In this document: positions 59,212 through 64,000 of the stretch, piece after piece
How the letters are laid out: every line of letters starts with the position of its first letter
Numbering within the stretch: position 1 is the stretch's first letter
Source: Camelus ferus
Taxonomy: Eukaryota
Direction: 5' to 3'
DNA: 64,000 nt
Assembly: GCF_009834535.1 (NCBI RefSeq)
Contig: NC_045697.1
Coordinates: 30,630,001 to 30,694,000 of the forward strand
Translations under genes and position numbers: made by a program
The notes under the pieces: model-generated
What the model was told of the DNA's origin: nothing
The model's input: the letters and a program-made list of their open reading frames with translations, nothing else
Database searches by the model: none

Positions 59212-62158
59212 ACCATAAATTGCAAGTATAACATTTAAATCGTATTAATTCCTTAAAGCAAAGCATTTTCACTAGGGCCGAAGATGTAAGAGACTTTCAC
59301 AATTTTTAAACACCTGTCAACATCAAACTTCATTCAATTATAACATCATTTAATAGTAATTACTTTCTCTATTGTATTTTAAGAACAAGGAAGCAAGTAT
59401 CACTGGTCCTTTCTTCGTAACATGGATGTGAAAGATTAAGTTACAGAAAAACCATTAAGAACTCTTACGACCCTTTGAACGGTTGCAGTTTTGTCATTTA
59501 AAAGTGCCTCTTGCAAACAAAACTTATGCTAAATAAAATTGGCATGTATTAATAGTTTTAAGCTGTTCAAACAACAGAAATTAAGTTGCCTGCCTCCCAA
59601 CATTTTCCACTGTGATCTCAACCTCCTTTGTTAGTTCACCCAACCACACTGGATTGTATGATCCAATTTACGCTCCAATACATTACACATTTGAACTTGT
59701 GTTACTCATTAACCTTTGTCTCTTCTCCTCACTATGTCATTACCGCAAGTTTTTATTTGACAGAAAGCACAGGTGGGTGCAAGAAAAATTAGTTCTACTT
59801 TTCCATTTTCCTGACCGATACTTATTGTCACATGCTAATCCTTTAACCCCTGTCACGACCTCAGAACCTCCGACCCTTTTTACCATAACAAACGTAATCA
59901 TCATCATTCAGGGCAACGATGCTTCCACGCTGGGGACCCACAGCCACTGCTGTGTATACAACTCTGCATTTTGTAACCATTTGTCCCTGAATTTTAAAAC
60001 GTTTATATGGGACTTATTCAAAGAATTTTTCACTGAAATCATTAGAAAAACCCATAACCCTATAAAAATTGTTGGCATCTTGTGCATCTATAAATACTTA
60101 AAATGCATACAGGAGTTATATAATCTCTTCGGGTTGATCTGATGACTTCTCGAAATGCATGGGCTTTGCAGACAATGAAACACTTTGTGTACAACAAAAG
60201 AACAGCAAAAATGCAAGGGATGATGCTCACACGTTAAAACTATACACTACCTGCTGCACCTTTTTCTCTGGCCACAAAACTGTTTCCATGGTGCCATGTG
60301 CAAAGGGCATGAAACGGTTTGACTTCCCAGGAGTGGTTTTGGGTCATCCTGTGAGGATCACTTTATGTTTCTAAGCAAGAGTACCACGGCCAACTTAGGG
60401 GCTGGGACATAACTCCTGAGAGAACACTGTGGAGCCGGAGCTGCGGCAGATGGGGAAGGGTGGTGGAGGCTGATGCGAGGGTCTCGGTCGAGGAGGTTTA
60501 CTGTTAGTGTGCCTGGAACTTTCTTAGTCTCGGATCACATTTTCAAGGAAACAAGAGCTCACGGTCTATTCTATCTGCCCTGATTGTGGCTTTCCACCAT
60601 GTGAAAATATTCACCACAGGTAATGAAAAACATTACAGCAAGGCAGTGGAGTTTAACACAAACTGGATATCAAAAATAAATTGGATAATGATCAATAATG
60701 GAAAGATCTCTTAAGAATATTAGTATGATTTCATAGTAGTTAATGACATAATAAATAATAGACTACAAAACCTATTAACTAAAAAAAAGGCTCAAAATGA
60801 ATAACTGAACTAAAAGAAGAAAAAATTATAAGATAATAAACTAAAGTGGGAATAAAAGAAAAGAAGACTAAAAAAAAATTCTGAAAAAAATCCAAAAATA
60901 AAACATTTAAAAATAAAAGCAGACACTGCATATTATAAATAGCAACAGTTTTAAGGGACCACTAAAAATATCCATTAGAACCAACGATGTAAGTCAAAGA
61001 ATCTTAGTTTTTTAAAAAAAATTTAACCAAATTCAGTAATTTAAAACCACGCCCTCAAGTTGTATGCATATGCACACCTGGACATATTCGCGCAGGACAT
61101 TCATGAAGACCTAGTCTCAGAAGATGAATAACATCCTGGTGATAAACTTCACACCGTCATTTACTGTGCGAGGGTGGAGGCACTGACACACCTGTTTCAC
61201 TTTACTCTCTCGGTAGACTGAGAACAAATGTCCATTTGAGAGTTTTATGAATTAATAAATGTTTAAAATATCCTATATTCACTTCCTAAATTCAAAACAC
61301 TGAAGTTAGGTTAATCTAATTATTAGTAACATGCTAATAAATATGCACTAAATATACAATGGGAAAAAATTCTCTGAAGGCGTATTTGATGCTTTTATGA
61401 TAGTTTTGAAATGGCATCCACCTTGACTGTTATAAAATTAAAAATTTTTTTTCCCTCACTGACACTGGATAGAAACCTGAATTACTAACAAACACCAGTG
61501 GAAAACTAGAATAAATAATTGCAGTAAAATAAACTATACAGGAAATGAGATATTTTTGTCGCTGGGATGAGTACGTACCCTGGATCACAAAGGTGACATT
61601 AGCCCATAGTTTGCTATGAAGGATATAAACCCAGAATATGATTTTGGGTAAAATGTTGGCTATTTTATCTTACATTAAATTTTATAGCTTGGAAATACTG
61701 AAGTATTAAGGTTAAATAAGTTATCTACCAGAGACTATATTTTTAATGCCCAAAGCAATTTAATATTCGAATGGGGACAAAGTCATTTCACAAAACCAAA
61801 AATCAGTAAAGAGTGATATATCATCCTCACTATTTCATACTTGTAAATACAGTCCTTGTCAGTCCTGGATGAGTGAGCACCTTCCTACAACACTGCGAAG
61901 ACAGAAAGTCAGAGGGCCAAGGGGATACCCCCATCTGCCTGCCAGATCCAGTTTACTGCTGCCTGGCAAACCCCAGTGAACTGTGGTTACATTTTAAATT
62001 TACAGCAAAACAAAACACCTCTTCAGTCATATCAGAATCTTAAGCAAATCTGACTTGCCATGGTCGGGACCCTGGAGTTGTTTCCTTGGCTGTGGAAGAC
62101 CAGGTGGCCCAAACGATCGGAGAAGAAAAGCAAGTCCCACCAGGGCACTGAGTCCTAC

Positions 62159-62281
62159 CTTGGTGTTGAAGTCCAGGGCGTTCTGAGACGTTTTGTATAA
62201 TTCAGGATATTTCAACATATTCTCTTTTCTGCATGACCTCTCAAATATTCCCAGAGTTAAGGGCGGCATTGCTGTAAACAT
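62159..62281 (-). CDS. ATP8A1: ATP8A1 exon
   Basis: [41 protein letters not shown]; ctttag acceptor, gtagga donor; 123 bp. Confidence 0.96.
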
Positions 62282-62385
62282 CTAAAGTGCACAAACTAGT
62301 CATTTCACCAGCCAGCCAAACACAGGGTGAACTTTTATCTCAAAGTATTCCAAGGAACAGGAATAATCAGAAGGCCTAAACTTAC

Positions 62386-62460
62386 CACGTTATAAAGACC
62401 TATGCACCATCTCTCAAAGAGGATCTGTCCAGAAAAGCCATTAACAAAGGCAAACCAGAT
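62386..62460 (-). CDS. ATP8A1: ATP8A1 exon (most 5' exon in this window)
   Basis: [25 protein letters not shown]; tcccag acceptor, gtaagt donor; 75 bp, with a 104-bp intron to the next exon. Confidence 0.96.
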
Positions 62461-63224
62461 CTGGGAAGAAAACAACCCCAAGACCCTCAAATTAGAACAC
62501 AAAACCATAAACGCATTTCTTAGAATCTGCGGTAAACTCAACCACTGCATAACAGCGTCATTAACACAGCAGTTTCATGACTCTCTTGAAAATGGCATTT
62601 CTTTGCTTCACTTTTTAATTTGAAGGGATGCTTTCATAAGGTCTTTGCTATTTAAGTCAGAATTGGTTCTACTTGTTGAATCAAAAAAGAACTATATCTA
62701 TAGGCAATCAGATTTTTAAAAAGTTAGACAAAACTGTGTTTCCTAAAAGGTATTTTAGGGAACGTATTTTATGCCATTAAATTTTTAGAGCTTTAATTCC
62801 CTTTTAAAATATCTACCTTCCGATAGATAAAGATTATTGTTATTTTTATTATAATATAAAATATGTCTATTTTTAAAAATTAAATAATTTCCTATAATAG
62901 TCCCATCACCATTTGTTTTCTTCCGTGTTGGTTGTATTCATATAGTTCATTTATATATGTTCATAAATCTGTCCTCTGGAAACTAGTATGTAGTGTCATG
63001 TTCTGCTCCTCTCCTTCTTAACATTATATAATAGGCATTTTCTTATGTTGTTACATATCCTTTTAAATGATGTTAATGAATGTATATCCCCTACAGTGTG
63101 GCTATACCTATTTTTGGATATTTAGCTTGCTTTCAGTTTTTGCTATTATACGTAATTCCGAACTGAATATTCCTGCACAGAAATCCTACATATCTCTATT
63201 TCCTTAGGATTAATTCTTTTTTAA

Positions 63225-63390
63225 TAAAAATAGCTTTATTGAGATAAAACTGATATACAAAAAAGACATACATTTACTGTATACATTTTGGTGAGTTTGG
63301 ACATGTGTGTACATTCATGAAATTGTCACCTAATCAAGGAAACATACATAGCCACCACCTCCAAAAATTTTCTTGTGTCCTTTTTCTTCT
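63225..63390 (-). mobile_element. L1 3' end fragment
   Basis: agctttattgagataaaactgatatacaaa...tgtatacattttggtgagtttggacatgtgtgtacattcatgaaa. Confidence 0.65.
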
Positions 63391-64000
63391 TTTAGGATGA
63401 ATTCTTAGAAGTAGAATTAATGGGTCAAAGTACATAAGCTTTTAAAAAAATAGTTCTTGATAATGATAGCCATCATAATGCAAAATTTGAATTTATATAT
63501 TAAAAAATAGTTTTGTAACTTAAATTTATGCTTCAATTAAAAACAAATCTTTAATAGAGCATCATGTTCTTATATATTCTGCAGATAGCTTAAAACAGAA
63601 AGCTAACTTTTGATAAAAATTAAAGGGCAATATAGAGAACCTTTCTCCAACATGTTTAAGACAAATGGAAAATTAAAGTGAATATTAGTAAATCAATAAT
63701 CCCCACATTATTATTTGTTTTAAAAATGCAGACCTAAAATGTAATTAAAAATCAAGTTGATCTGGAAGAGTAAAATGTCTGGCCCAACAATGAAATCATA
63801 TAAACACAAACACAAAACCAAAACATAACAACAGCAACAAAAAAAACCCCTTAGGGGACAGCAGCCTTGAGGAGCCGGTCAAGTGAATTTCTGAATTGGA
63901 GTCGCAGGGACTTTGCTACACTTCACGTTTCATTTAACCTCATTATGGAAGCATGAATTGCTACAAATTCACCATTTATCAATATGTACCCAGGCCGGCC

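Noticed and set aside
59612..60142. 176-aa ORF antisense in an ATP8A1 intron
   Set aside because: GTG start, no recognisable homology and no supporting gene structure. Probably chance.
1..64000. CRISPR arrays, operons, rRNA or other prokaryotic systems
   Set aside because: The window is intron/exon mammalian DNA. I saw no repeat-spacer array or rRNA-like sequence.

Overview
Mammalian genomic DNA, most likely a camelid judging by its tRNA-derived SINEs. It covers the tail-to-tail SHISA3/ATP8A1 locus. On the + strand lie the end of SHISA3 intron 1 and its last exon (CDS 2231-2670, poly(A) signals near 3672). On the - strand lie the last ten exons of the P4-ATPase flippase ATP8A1 (62460 down to the stop at 19531), with a 3'UTR of about 4.6 kb ending near 14915; all ten exons have canonical GT-AG boundaries and splice in frame. 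The main accessory feature is a 5.47 kb endogenous retrovirus (7721-13191, + strand, GTTT target-site duplication) between the two 3' ends. It is class I (gamma-like) and resembles the HERV-H/F/W group: tRNA-His primer-binding site, two NC zinc knuckles, a TGA gag stop, and decayed gag-pro-RT. Nearly all of RNase H, integrase and env are deleted. Notable details are mosaic LTRs (a 152-bp identical promoter block between diverged flanks), a tandemly duplicated pair of GAC(G)-loop packaging hairpins, and splice sites placed to excise that packaging region up to the gag ATG. Other points: a consensus CTCF site in a MER20-like element, an apparent R-to-P change in the ATP8A1 regulatory tail, a twin-primed (5'-inverted) L1, and ordinary L1/L2/MIR/MLT/Charlie debris. 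Gene and repeat names come from my recall of known sequences, not from a database search.
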